A stretch of DNA of 64,000 bases from Octopus sinensis (lineage: Eukaryota): positions 40,238,001-40,302,000 of the forward strand of contig NC_043005.1 in the NCBI RefSeq assembly GCF_006345805.1. Reading direction: 5' to 3'. The translations under genes were made by a program, and so were the position numbers. Each line of letters opens with the position of its first letter. The stretch's first letter is position 1. Shown piece by piece: positions 25,560-39,419 of the stretch. Under the pieces are notes generated by a model that saw nothing but the letters and a program-made list of their open reading frames with translations, did no database searches and was not told the DNA's origin.

Positions 25560-28500
25560 GTAAGGTTTTGATTATAAAAATTTACTATTCCAGATCGTTT
25601 TTATGAAATTGTGTTATGATTTTTGGTAGTTGTATTCATGTGAAAGAGAATCGATGACTTTTCCTATGGATGCTTGCGTAGGTGGTGTCTTAAGTTTTTT
25701 TTGTTTTTTCTTTCATATTTGTTTCGTCCTTCTGTATGTGTTGCTTGTGAAGCTACTGTTTCTTATTGTGCTACTTGAAGATTTTTTTTTCCATGAAAAT
25801 CATGAAATTGACTAAGACACTCACATACAGAAGTATATAAATGTATAATGTATGTTTATATCCCTGAAAACTCATGATATTTTGTGCAAAAATGAAATAA
25901 AATACAGCAAATACGAGTATTGTCAGCGACCCGTACGCACATACAGACACGTATTTGTGCTCGCAGGAAATGAAAATCGAACTCGATTGTGACGGAATTG
26001 TGTGTAGAAATGCGTAACGTTAGGATTATTCGTTGTCATTAGGAAAAGCTGATTAACTTTTTTTCGAAAACGCGCGATATTTTACAATTTCTATTATGGA
26101 AGACATATTTCTGTTTCTTTGGCTTCCGATCTGTTAAATTTGATGTCGATTCTTATTACCTATCTCCCCTGTTTGCTCATTGATATGTCAGTGTCCTCTT
26201 TAGAACAAGTTTTCATTTGATTGATTAATTACATTGTTTTAAATATAAATAAATAAATATATATATATTTAAAACAGATTCCGTGTAAGTTTATATTTAT
26301 TTGTGTATTTAATTAACACGGTAGTTAACTAATTATAAGTACTTTATTTCTTGAGTATCAAGTTCAGTTTTTATGGGGACAGTAGATGGGTAGGCGTGTC
26401 GTTCATGCCTTTCCTAACATGCATAGTGACATCCATAACACACATACACATCTTGCATGTAGTGGATTTAAAAAAATAATCTATACGTATACTTATTCCA
26501 TATACACAACTAAGTTATGTCGTCCACATACATGGGTAATAATTCACAGGCTAAACATAACCTGAGAGTTGTGTCTGATATTACACCGGAATTTATCTTC
26601 TTTGAAGACTTGTATGGTCATTCAAGTGATAATGCGTGAGACTGGTGCTTGTTAATGTGCTCGTAAGGACGATGATATAGTGTGAAGCTGGACGTTACAA
26701 AAATATTTGCTCGTGAATGGTCACCCAAATCAAATTTTTGTTTTGAAGTAGAATTCTTATCGGAAGTGAAATGCCACAAGATGAGAAACAAGAGATTAAG
26801 AATTTCAGTGAGAACTTGTTGATGAAGCAAATGTTTTTTTCTTCAGAGCATCTTTAGAGATTTTCAGTGAATGATCAAAATGTGTACATCATTCTAGATA
26901 CAAACACTGTAAACTCCAGGACAGAACGGGTACCTTGTCAACAGCTGCCGTGAGCTGGAATATTTGTTAGCACTGAAGAGAAAGCCAAACAATCTCATTG
27001 CTGTTCTGGTAATGTCTAGAATCTGAAGTTTCGGATTCTTGTTGTTAAATAAATCAGTCCTGATTAAGCAGACTTATTGCACATTGTTATTATTGAATGA
27101 TATGAAGCAACCCTTAAATTCAACTACTCAGGTCAGCACCTGTACGATTTCTGTTGTGTTTAGAGTCAAACTTCAGTGTTTTTATCACTGCTATTTGAGG
27201 TTGTTAATATTAAGGTTTGTCACCTTTCGATTTTGGCTTTAAAACCTCTGGTCTCAATTTTTGTGTCAATAAGGAGTTAGTTAAAGGGCATTTGGCTGTT
27301 ACATTTAACAGGTGAAGATTTTATGTAGAAATTCCATCAACTTTTTATTTTTTTATTTTTCCATGATACAAAATGAATTCTTGGGATATTTTGTTAAGAG
27401 AATTCTGAAAATTGGAGAGTTTTCAATTGTTAAAGCTGGTAGTTTAATGCAATCTGTTTTTTTTTCCTCTTAAAGAACTGGACTCTATGTGTATGTTTGT
27501 ACACACATATACACCTTAGTTTCATCATATCACCTTGAATATAGTTCTTATTTGATCACAAAAGCTAAGCAACATTGAGCTTAGTTTGTACTTAGAGGAG
27601 GTGACCACTTGGAAACCGAGATGTTATAAGCACAATCTTCAGTTGGCACCACAAAGAGAATCAAGCCAAAGAATACTGCCTGAAGTTTCATCCAATCCAT
27701 GTAAGCATTGATAAAGTGGATGTAAACATGATGAAGATGACACACACACACATACCCATACACAAAATATAATTTGTTAACAAGAAACACATTAAGAATG
27801 TAATTATGCAATCCAGAGAAAAAGTTCTTATTGCTGTACATATGAAAAATGGTACACTGCACTATGGAAATATCTATAATGCTTAGAACTTAAAACTCTA
27901 TTTCTAAGGGCTTATGTAAACGGGTTAGACCGATTTGCACATGTAATGCAATATTGGCAGCTAGTTTGGTTAATAAATTATTGCTGCATTAATAATGTTT
28001 AGCTCCAGTGCTTTATTAGAGTACTGTATAAAAGAGGGGAAAAACGTCATTAATGCATTAGTAATTTATTATGAGAAATGTGTTGAAGTGATCCTCACTG
28101 CAAAAGCACTCTGATATTTCATTATTAATGTTATCTTTTTTGTTTGTTTTTATTTTGTACTATATTTATGTTAGTTTTCTTGTGACTTATCAGTGTAGTG
28201 GTTCTGAGAGACAAATTTTCTCTGTCCAGATTAATTAAGAAGTAGACAAATAGTTGTGTCCATTGAAACTAATTCTGGTGAAGGAGAATCTCTTTTATGT
28301 AGATGACTGATTAGTGAATTCCAAGTTGAAAAATATTTTTGTTGTCCAGCTTTCACATTGTACTAGTTAAGACTTATATGGATAGAGAGACCCGAATAAG
28401 GAACACTTATTGAGTAGAGTTAGATATTGCTATAGGACATAGTTCTGCTGGGAAGACTAGAAATAATTATTGACAAATTTGGAAGGAACTAAAATCAGGA

Positions 28501-29004
28501 AGTAGCTGCAGGAAACTGTATGTAGAGGCTAAACTGAAAGCTAATTTTTAGATATGCCGAAGTAGTAGAAAAACAAAAAGTAGGTTTCACATACTCTATG
28601 GCAAGGTGAAAGACGATATTAAGTATTGCCAAGCATTCTATTGTACATAAGGATCTTCATATTGTAGAGAAGTTTATCCCATAAGATATTGGTTTCAAAT
28701 TTTGGCACAAGGCCAGCAATTTCGGTGCTCAACTGGCACTTATTTTATCAACCCTGAAAGGATGACAAGCAAAATTGACCTTGGTGGAATTTGAACTCAG
28801 AACTTAAAGAGGGACAAAATGCTACCTTTTGCCCAGTGTGCTAACAATTCTGCCAGCTTGTCACCTTCGTCTCATAAGATATTAAGTCAATTATCTGTGT
28901 TGACACTTTGGAAAGAAATGTCACTTCAGTAGGTTAATGAATAAAGAATATTAATAATGACTGTGATAGAAATAACTTAACTTCAAAGGTAATAGATGGA
29001 AATA

Positions 29005-29206
29005 TTAGGTTGGTGCATAATTATTGCAGTTTTTTTTTCAATAAATTTTATTCAACAAAAAATTTAAACCAAACACCAAGCAGAAATTGAAGTAGATGGT
29101 GAATATGCTCCGGAATAATCATTTAAAGATTGTTTTGTTGAATGTTATTGTTATTATTGAATAAAATTTATTGAAAAAAAGCCACAATAATTATGCACCA
29201 ACCTAA
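29005..29206. mobile_element. mariner-type MITE (MADE1/Hsmar1-like TIRs)
   Basis: TA|TTAGGTTGGTGCATAATTATTG ... CAATAATTATGCACCAACCTAA|TA; TA TSD; the inverted repeats extend to about 45 bp. Confidence 0.88.
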
Positions 29207-29737
29207 TATATTTAGAGTGTAAATTACAGTTGTCTCCAGGTAATAGATGAAGTTACTTAAACAGATTTCTTCAACAAAGTACTAACATGCAGCCAATATC
29301 AGGAAAAACTTAAGCATTCACCAACTATCAACCAAATTAGAAGCCTTCATATGATCACACAACTTGCTAGAAATATCAGTCAAATCTCTCTCTTGAAAAA
29401 GGCAGGATGTATTAAATAATGTCATCCTGAGGGAAGGACAAGGTAATCATAGTCAAAATGCTTTTAATCATAGGTCTACTTAGACAGGGCTAACCTGTGG
29501 TTAAGCGACAGCCATCCTAAAAATAATAGGAAGGTGAATGCTATATGGTGTAACCAGTTATATGAAGCATAGGCATGACTGTAAGAGGTCTGCTTCCCAA
29601 CCACATGATTTTGAGCTCAGTCCCACTGCTTGACACTTTGGGCAAGCATCTTATACTATAGCCTCAGGCTAACTAAAGCCTTATGAATGGATTTGGTAGA
29701 TGGAAACTGAAAGAAGCCTGTCATATATGTATATGTT

Positions 29738-31464
29738 CATATCATCATCATCATCGTTTAACGTCCGTTTTCCGCGCTAGCACGGGTTGGACAGTTCGAC
29801 CGGGGTCTGGGAAGCCAGGGGCAGCACCAAGCTCCAGTCTGATCTGGCAGTGTTTCTACGGCTGGATGCCCTTCCTAACGCCAACCACTCCGCGAGTGTA
29901 GCGGGTGCTTTTTACGTGCCACCTGCACAGGTGCCAGGGGGGGGGGGTTTGGCATCGGCCACGATCGGTTGGTGCTTTTAACGTGCCACCGACACGGAAG
30001 CCAGCCAAGGCGGCACTGGCATTGGCCATGTTCGGATGGTGCTTTTTATGTGCCACCGGCACGGAAGCCAGTTGAGGTGGCGCTGGCATCGGCCACGTTC
30101 AGATGGTGCTTTTTATGTGCCACCGGCACAGAAGCCAGTCGAGGCGGCGCTGGCAACGGCCACGTTCGGATGGTGCTTTTTATGTGCCACTGGCACAGGT
30201 ATCACAACTACTATTTCTATTGATATTTGTTTCGATGTTCATGTACATGCACTTGACTCAACAGGTCTCCTCAAGCACAGCGAGATGTTCTGTGAGGTAC
30301 TTTGAATGGGCAGGGGCTATGCGGAACTGGTGCCGGAAGCATCCCGGGTCTTTGCAGTCACAGCACATCTCCAGAGATCTCGGTCCTTCGCCATTGCCTC
30401 AGTGAAGCCCAACGCTCTGAGGTCATGCTTGACTACCTCATCATATGTCTTCCTGGGTCTACCTCTTCCCCTGATTCCTTCAACTGTTTGGGAGCGGCAC
30501 TTCTTCACACATCTCTCCTCATCCATCCGCAGTACATGACCATACCATCGCAGGCGTCGCTCTTGCACACCACATCTGATGCTTCTTATGTCCAGCATTT
30601 CTCTCAGGGTGCTTACACTCTGTCGTGCATTCACACTGACATTACACATCCAGCGGATCATGCTAGCTTCATTTCTTTCAAGTCTGCGCATGTCCTCTGC
30701 AGTCACGGCCCATGTTTCACTACCGTGAAGCATGGCAGTTCGCACACATGCATCATACAATCTACTTTTCACTCTGAGTGAGAGACCCTTTGTCGCCAGT
30801 AGGGGTAGGAGCTTTCTAAACTTTGCCCAGGCTATTCGTATTCTAGTGGTGACACTCTCTGAGCATCCACCTCCACTACTAACTTGGTCACCCAGGTAGC
30901 GGAAACTATCAACTACTTCTAGTTTCTTCCCCTGGAGTGTGATGGAATCTGTTTTCCGAGTATTTGTGGTGTCTATTGTCCCTGTGCATCTGACGCACAT
31001 GAAAGCTATCTTATCAGTTAATTTCCCTTTAATGTTGCTGCACCTCTTATGCGTCCATAGCTTACACTGGGTGCATCTTATGGAGTTTCTACCTACACCT
31101 TTCCTACAGATCGAGCAGGGCCACCTGCCCGATGGGGTGTGTGCTGAGTTCGCCTTTCTGCTTACTATAACTTTGGTCTTTGCTACATTTACTCTAAGGC
31201 CTTTTGATTCTAACCCTTGTTTCCACACCTGAAATTTCTTTTCTAGTTCCGGTAGTGATTCTGCTATGAGAGCCAGGTCATCAGCATAGAGGAGCTCCCA
31301 GGGGCAACCTGTTTTGAATTCCTCTGTTATTGCCTGGAGGACTATGATGAATAAAAGGGGACTGAGAGCTGAGCCTTGGTGTACACCTACTTCTACCCGG
31401 AATTCTTCACTATATTCGTTGCCAATCCTAACCTTTCTGACAGCCTCTCTGTATAGGGCCTGTA
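29738..31464 (-). mobile_element. Young 5'-truncated RTE-clade LINE with uninterrupted RT frame
   Basis: Open frame 31464->30317 (GVHQGSALSPLLFIIV..ELLYADDL..VDSFRYLG..GRGRPRK), tandem-repeat 3'UTR, aagggcatccagccgtagaaac motif and (GAT)n tail. Confidence 0.95.
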
Positions 31465-31719
31465 CATATATATATATTTGTGTGTGTGTTCATGTTTCCT
31501 TGTCATATAATTTTAATGGTTATAAATGAGTACCATCATCATGCAAGTAGTGTCATTTGTTGCCAGTCTGCCATGAAACATGTCTAGCCATGAGGAAGTA
31601 TTAACTATGGTTGGAAACAAGTGAGAGTTGGCAACATGAAGGGTATCTGACTAGAAAAGTGGTATATAGATGTATGCTATGTGTATGAGTTAAGATGGAA
31701 GAGATCCTCAGCTAGGCTT

Positions 31720-32100
31720 CTCATGGACAGGGAACAAAGATTTAATTCATCTAAGCAGGCAAGAGTGATAGTGTGGCGGATGTAGGCATACTTTTGACAA
31801 GACAAACGGGTAGATAATTTGATCAAAGTAGTCAGAATGTGTCATATAATAGTTAAGATTAAACGAATCTTAGAAAAAGTAGCAGTGACATCTCTGCATA
31901 TGCTCCACAATCTGGAATTTCAGATGAACAAGGATTAATTTTATGATGCTTTTTCGTAGATTATCTTAATGTCCATAACCTTATCATGGCTACTGACTTC
32001 AACAGATATGTTGGACAAGCATTCTGATGGATTCCATGGAAACTCATTAGATGAGTTGCAGTTTGGTTTTGTGTCCAAAAATGTACTACTGATGCTCTCA
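31720..32100 (+). mobile_element. RTE APE endonuclease remnant
   Basis: Decayed ISAYAPQSG and (G)DFN..VG motifs. Confidence 0.55.
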
Positions 32101-32914
32101 CCCTATTAAGGCAAATGCTGAAGAAATATATGAACGACGCATAAAGGAGTGCTGAACTCTGAAAATGAATGGGATCTGTGGAAGAGGGAGACCAAGAAAA
32201 CTTAGGATGACACGATGATGGTTGATTTCAAGATGTTGCATTCCACGAAGAAGATGACAGATGAAAATATGATTAGTGGTATGCAATGTGTGAAAAAACC
32301 TGACTGCATGTGGAAACATGACAAAATGTATGTTAAAATGGAAATTGGGATATATATCTACATCTAGCCCTTTCATTTTGTACCTGCCAAGTCTCCATTA
32401 TATACTCTGATATCCTCTCATCTGTATACTGCACCTTCTCTATTTATCATACCTAGCCATCCAAATGAGAGAAGCTTAAGGTCTCTCTACATCCAAACCA
32501 TAACTCTTCCATTATTTTAATGTTTCTTATTCTTTTTTCTTGCGACTACATTGCTTGTACAACAAGGGACTGCTTTGGATCTGTTAATAACTGATTCATT
32601 CCTTTGATATCTTGACACTTCCTCTCTCTCAGTTGACATTTTACTTCTCTGTTGATATTCATCACTATTGTACCAGCAAATATTACCTTTCTAGTCTGCT
32701 TTCATTAACATATATTTCATGTACATACAGACACAGACTCACATATCTCTTGCTAGTGTTTAGTACATCTCTTATCTTTCACCATTCACCACATTCTGTT
32801 ACTTTCATACCAACATCTAGTACCTACTTCCTATACTTCTTTTTTGAGGGATCATTGGTACTGTTGTTATCTGATATATCCCCTCCCTGGTTCTCTCTCT
32901 CATACCTGCAGAGA

Positions 32915-33791
32915 TACGAGGTGGTATCAAAACGTTCCTGGACTAGTTCTGTAGTGCACCAACAGATGGCAGCACACAGTTGCGTATGCAGTGAGAACCA
33001 GCTGTGACCTTCATGAGGCAGTGTGTGGAGTGATATCGCTTTGTTTACCTTGCGAATTGTGAAATTTGTGTTTTTGTGATCATGTGTATGCTGTAGTCTG
33101 TGATTTTGTCATGGACAGGAACAAAGAGCCAATGTGAAATTTTGCATTAAACTAGGGAAGTCTGCTACAGAGACATTGAGCATGCTTACAGCGACAAAGC
33201 AGTGGTTCATATTCAATGTTTTCAGTGGCACAGATGCTTCAAAAGCAGAAGAACATCTCTGGAAAACGGTGAGCCTTCTGGCAGACCTGCCTTGAGCATC
33301 ACCCCTGGAAATGTGGTTTTGTGCATCAAGAATTTGTTCCTCAATGCCAGATCATCAATTGAGAGTTCTACTGTAACATTTTGAAGCATTTGAGGGAGAA
33401 CATTCAGCGAAAGTAATGGGATCTGTGGAGTGTGAAGAATTGGATTCTTCATAATAACAATGCACTCTGTCATCGAGTTCTCCTCACTCATTAGTTTCTC
33501 GCCAAAAACAACATGGTATCGCTTCTGCACCTGCCCTATTCGCCAGATTTAGCGCCTGTGGACTTCCATCTCTTCCCCAAGATGAAAATGCAGCTCAAAG
33601 GACATTTTAACAGCGTTGTCTTGATTCAGAGTGAATCATGGAAGGTCCTGGCTTGCTTATGGAAAATGACTTCCAGGCCAGATTCAAAAAATGGCAGGAA
33701 CTCTGGGACTGGTATATTGCTGCATAAGGTGACTGTTTTGATGAGGATGATGTTAAAACATAGGTAAATGGAAACTTTTTGACAACTTCTA
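32915..33791 (+). mobile_element. Internally deleted mariner transposon
   Basis: EQRANVKFCIKLGKSATET-like HTH start; LHLPYSPDLAPVDFHLFPKMK (YSPDLAPxD). Left TIR tacgaggtggtatcaaaacgttcc; degenerate right TIR at about 33768-33791. Confidence 0.88.
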
Positions 33792-33964
33792 TAGCTGTCA
33801 ATAGTCAGCTATTCCTTTGCTGGTCGGAGAGAGAGAACAAAGGGATGCAGTACACCCACTTCCTACTCGGCCCTCTTCCTTAGGTATCCATCTCAATTAC
33901 TCATGATTACCAACCTCGCTAACCTTGGCTCTCCTTCCTTATTGTTACTCTTTACTCTTTTACC

Positions 33965-34150
33965 TGTTTCAGTCATTTGACTGTGGCCATGCTGGAGCAC
34001 CGCCTTTAGATGAGCAAATCAACCCCAGGACTTATTCTTTGTAAGCCTAGTACTTATTCTATCGGTCTCTTTTGCCGAACCACTAAGTTATGGGGTCGTA
34101 AACACACCAGCATCAGTTGTCAAGCAATGTTGGGGGGACAAACACAGACA
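33965..34150 (+). mobile_element. SINE-like repeat, family D
   Basis: Motif cagtcatttgactgtggccatgctggagcacc..aagcctagtacttattc..gttgtcaag recurs at about 8420-8590 (-), 13380-13600, 13920-14115 (-), 19600-19790 (-), 23215-23400 and 49310-49440. Confidence 0.8.
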
Positions 34151-34519
34151 CACAAACATATACACATGCACGCGCACACACACACACACATACATACATA
34201 CATATATATGACGGGCTTCTTTCAGTTTCCGTCTACCAAATCCACTCAAAAGGCTTTGGTTGGCCCAAGGCTATAGTAGAAGACACTTGCCCAAGGTGCT
34301 TCCATAGTCACACTGGTTACATTGTAGAGAACTTCTATCTATACCTTCTCAATACTCACACTGAATATGGCCATTTCTTTGATGGTATCAGGGTCCTGTC
34401 TTCTCACCCACTTACCATTACTTTAGTCTCTGCTAAATTTATTATAGACCTCTCAATTCTAGGTTTTCCTTCCATACTTGGAATTTTTCTAATTCTTCAT
34501 CATTATTGCTTTAAGAATT

Positions 34520-35400
34520 AGGTCCCATGGGTTGCTGGTTTTAAACTCCTCTCTTAATGCTTGGAGGACTATAATAAACAGAAGGGGCCAAGGACTGAGC
34601 CCTGTGCTCTGATGTTCCCCTATTTTCATGTTGAATTCATTGTTATACTCATTACTTACTTTCGTCTTAGTGATTGCACATCTGTACATGACTTGTGTAG
34701 CTCTCACAAACCATTCATCTATCTCAGCTTTCCTTATTGATCATAAGATCACAGAGCATGGAACCCTTTCAAAACCCTTCTTTTGATCAACAAATACCAA
34801 GTATAGGAGCTTTTTCACTAGGAAGATAGCATCAGTGATATTTTTTCCTAGCACAAAACCAAGTTGCATCACATATGTGTCAATTCTCATCCTAATCAAT
34901 TGCACAATAACTCTTTTGCTAACTTTCATAACTTGATTTAATAGTTTGACACCTCTATAATTACCTCTCTTTCTAGGGTATCTTATTTACACCTATAGAA
35001 GTTAATGAAGTGGCTGCTACACTATTTGTTGGGTACATACTAACTGATAAACTATGTATGTGACTAGCCCATATTCTATACTATTGGATCTTTTAAGCAT
35101 TTCATTGGTGATTCCTGATGGAGCAGAGGCATTTCTCACACTCATATCCCTAATTACTCTATCCATCACACTGCTGCTAACCTGAATCACTGGTTTCTCT
35201 GTTGGGTCTACTTTAGGAAGATCCACTTTCTCCTATGTATTTCTCTCATTTGACAACCTTTTGTAATGGCATTTTCATGTTTCTTTCTTTTCAGTATCTC
35301 TAAGAGGAAAAGTATTGTTGTTCATACTCTCTTCTTCCCGTCCCAATGACATCTTGATTTTCTCTCAAACACTACCTTGCAATCGAGACTGTCTCACATC
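34520..35400 (-). mobile_element. Old RTE RT remnant
   Basis: MQLGFVLGKNITDAIFLV..LYLVFVDQKKGFERVP, and LSPWPLLFIIVLQALREEFKT, homologous to the 31-kb copy. Confidence 0.8.
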
Positions 35401-36034
35401 TTAAAATACTGACAAACTTCTTACTCTTGACTTCTCTTCTTGCTAAGTATAGCTGATGTTTATCCTTTATTTCTTCCACTCTTTTGAAGCCTGTGTTTTA
35501 GTCTTTATGCCTCTGTCTGTGGAGCTATTCCACTACCATGTCACTTTCTTTGTGGTTAGGAGATGTACATATATAGGTTTGGTGGAACAAACAGGAGAAA
35601 TAAAACTCTACATAAGAGTATATATAAGCTTTTTATGAGGTTTTGAAATTATCTAGGTAACTGAAAAGCCAAGAGTTTTGAGTGCTGCACTTCACAAACT
35701 AACTGAAAATTATGAATTCACTCTTTATATTAGGATGAATCTTCAGTCAAAAATATTGAAGACTATGTGATGATCAGTAAACTTAGAAATTGGCTAGTTA
35801 ATTAAAAGGGGTAAAAATATAAAAAGAGAATAAAATGTAGTCTGATATAATAATATAACTACATCTATAAAGATATACTCATGTATATAATAAAAATACA
35901 ACTACACACAGACATACATATTTGTCAAATATATGCACAGAGAGACATGTATATTATACAGACACAAAATATATGAAGGTACACATGTATATACACAATG
36001 GAACACACATGCACACACACATATGCATGTATAT

Positions 36035-36092
<58 letters not shown>

Positions 36093-37910
36093 TATCAAAT
36101 CATGCATATATAGGTACATATATATATACACATATGCTCATGCCTATCAGCAAATAATCAGATGTATATGCATATATAAGTATATATGCACACATGTACA
36201 TATATATATTTTTTATCAAGAAACATACTCACAAATACACAGATTTACATACAAACATATATAACACTATGGTAAGAAATATAAAGAAACCATATAGGCA
36301 TATTTGAGGAGGTGAAGTACTGGAGTTGAATCCACAATATTCATCAACTATAGAAGTGTTAGAATATGACCGTACGTGAGGAGCTTCGGTGACATATTTC
36401 TCCTCTTGTACAACTGCGTCCGGCTGCATCCCAACATAACATAATGTAATATAATGTTATGTTATGTAAGCCAAAATACATGTTTGTATGCAGTGCCAAA
36501 GTATATGAAATAAGGACTCCAAAAACTGTTCTACTTTTATAAAGAGAAGATAGATTTATTTCACAGTGTACAAAGTGATGTGTTATATTTAGCGAAGTGT
36601 TGTGTCATGAATGCATGCTTATAATATTTGTGTCTGTGTGTTCATGTGCGTGAAAGAAGTACAGAAATTAGGTTTATGCAAATACAACAGAGCATAAGAG
36701 AAATCTCAACATTTTGAGTTTAAATGAAGTTACTTTAGAGTTATTTTACCAGTTCATGTAGTACACGATAATGAGTTCTATACAAGATTTGAGTCTCGGA
36801 GCTGAGATTAGTTGAGTCATTTGTTGTGCATATTTTTCTCTTGATATAGATATTCTTTCAGATATATATACTGCAACTGTTTTTCCGTGGTGAGATTTTC
36901 ACACTAACAGCATGAGTTGAATCTGTATTTATCTTGTTGTGTACAAGTTGAAATCTTTGTAGATGGAGACGATGTTGGTGATAACGTTATGTCTGTCACT
37001 GGTTTACAATAGTGTCTTCATATTATGGTTGGCTTGGTTGTCGTCTGCCTTTCGAACTGGAACGTGGTTGAGTAAGCTCTGTGTGGTCTCCGACCAAGAC
37101 CTTAAAAGGTCTTAAGCCTAAAGACAGTGAATCGTGATATACCAGCCTATTTAAAGAGTTAAGATGGCTCAAATGAAAAGTCCTATCCGAAAGCCGTGAT
37201 TGGTCAGTTTACACACTGGCACAAAGCAAGTAGAGAGACAGACCGCGCTTAGATGCTAACCAATCATAATAGTGGACACAACACAGTTAAACTAGCCAAA
37301 GATGTTTGTAATCTCAAACGAGATCATTCTTAATATTTTTCTCAAACAGTGAAGATAGCAATGAAGAAAAAAATATTGCTACAGAAGAAATTAAATAAAA
37401 AGATTATACATTTTATATGTAAATGTACCTATACAAATACATTTACTTGCTCATATACATATATGTGTGTGCATGAGTATGTATGTACATACTTGCTCAC
37501 ACAGCGCAGGCATGGCTGTATGGTAAGAAATTTGCTTCCCAACTACATGGTCTTGGGTTCAGCTCCACTCTGTGGCACCTGCACATATTTACTGGCCAAA
37601 ATAACTCATAGCAGATTAGTTTGAATATACAGTGAATCAACATTTGCATGGCTTTTGTCTTTGTGCATTAAGTCTGTAGTTCCTACCTTAACTCCAGAAG
37701 AAATTGAACTATCACTGGAATCACTTTGGGTGTTATCTCCCAGACTCATACTGAAGAAATACCCTCAGTTATTCTATGGTGGAATTTAGGTGTTCTATGT
37801 TGATGCAAATGGTAGAAATTTGGTATGTTTGCTCTAATATAGTTTGGCTGAATGCCACATTTAACGTTTATGACTTTTTCTGAAAATTTCTTGAGATTTC
37901 TTTGTTTTAA

Positions 37911-38131
37911 CCCTTTAGCATTCAGATTATTCTGTCAAATGTAATCCTTATTAATGCATATTGTTTTGAATTAAAAATGCATTTTCATGTAGCTTCAAGA
38001 TTTCGATGATGCGATTGTTCATTTGTAAGAATGACATTATAGGGTCTGTGTGAGAGGCTGGATCTGGCCAATTTGAACATAAAACAAGTTGAACATTTCA
38101 GCCGGATATGGCTGGTTTAAATGCTAAAGGG
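37911..38131. mobile_element. piggyBac-type MITE (family 1)
   Basis: TTAA|CCCTTTAGCATT...AATGCTAAAGGG|TTAA. Other copies at 46999-47200, 47564-47792 and 49075-49295. Confidence 0.85.
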
Positions 38132-38303
38132 TTAAACATCAGAGATAAGAATTCTGCTAATATGAAGTTTTTCAAAATAACAATTGATTATCATTTTGTT
38201 TTTTTTCTACCCACTTAGTTCCAAGCACATATTTAGTGGTAAGATTTTCATTTTCAAGACTTTTTCTAGAAGTATAAGCTTTAAATTTTGGATTGTAATA
38301 TAG

Positions 38304-38428
38304 GGATTAAGGTCAGGGTTTGGGGATAGGAGTTAGCATTAGTTTTTGGGTCAGTATTAGCATTAAAGTTTTAGGGATAAACTTAGGCTTAAAGTTTAGG
38401 ATTATAGTTTAAGATTAGGGTTAAGATT
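38304..38428 (+). repeat. Degenerate TTAGGG-like tract
   Basis: Irregular ttagg/ttagc/tcaggg/ttaggg units. Confidence 0.4.
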
Positions 38429-39376
38429 GAAATAATTTGAATTTATGTACAATATTTTGCAGAATTGAAATTGTGTAAAACACAATGGACTGGGTACTTT
38501 CAATGTGGTACCAGCACCAGCTAGGTTTAAACCCTGCCAAAGCTGACCTCACCAGTGCTGGTGTCACATAAAAAGCACCCAGCTCACTCTTTAAGGTGGT
38601 TGGTATTAGGAAAGGCATCAGGCTGTAGAAACCATGTCAAAGCAGACCTTGCTGGTGTTGATGCCACATAAAAAGCACCCAGTTCATTATTTAAGGTAGC
38701 TGGTATTAGGAAAGGCATCAGGCTGTAGAAACCATGTTGAAGCAGAGCTTGCTGGTGTTGGTGCCACATAACAAGCACCCAATCTCTTCTGTAAAGTGGT
38801 TGGCATTAGGAAAGGGATTCAACCGTAAAATCCATGCCAAAACAGACAGTGGAGCTTGGTGCAGTCCTCTGGTTTGCCAGTCCCTGTCAAACCATCCAAC
38901 CCATGCCATCATGGAAAATGGATGTTAAATGATGATGATAATGATGGATATCTGAAAAAATAGTTTTAAAAAATATGATTTACATAGTGTATTTTTACTC
39001 AGAGTATTTTTACAAAAGATTTACTATAAGTAAAATATATTGCTTTCTTCTATTATCTTTAATTTCTTGGAGTCTCTAACTTGGGCAACACTGGATATTT
39101 CAGCATATATATATACATGTGTGTGTGTGTATCAGCATCAGTGCCAAACAGTGATGAAGAATAAACAAACTTGTTAAAAATATATTTGTGACATAATCTA
39201 ACTTCTAAATGTAAATTCACTGGAGTTACTATGGAGAAAAAATTCTCTCCTGTGGTAAAAGGTGTCAAAACACTATATCTTCCTAGTGCTTTCCTCTTGT
39301 GGAAATCAGTTACATACTTCCTGATTATTTTTTATGGTATATATATATACAGACACACACACACACATATATATAC

Positions 39377-39419
<43 letters not shown>

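Noticed and set aside
26570-27010. Coding-like composition on the + strand
   Set aside because: All frames are interrupted, with no recognisable motif or convincing splice pair. Possibly an unidentifiable TE fossil.
29890-30200. Regularly spaced repeats superficially like a CRISPR array
   Set aside because: The whole units are homologous (no unique spacers), they lie in a eukaryotic LINE 3'UTR, and there are no cas genes.
31464-32100. Head-to-head RTE RT (-) and RTE endonuclease (+) suggesting one inverted element
   Set aside because: The RT part is intact while the endonuclease part is heavily decayed, so they are different-age insertions.
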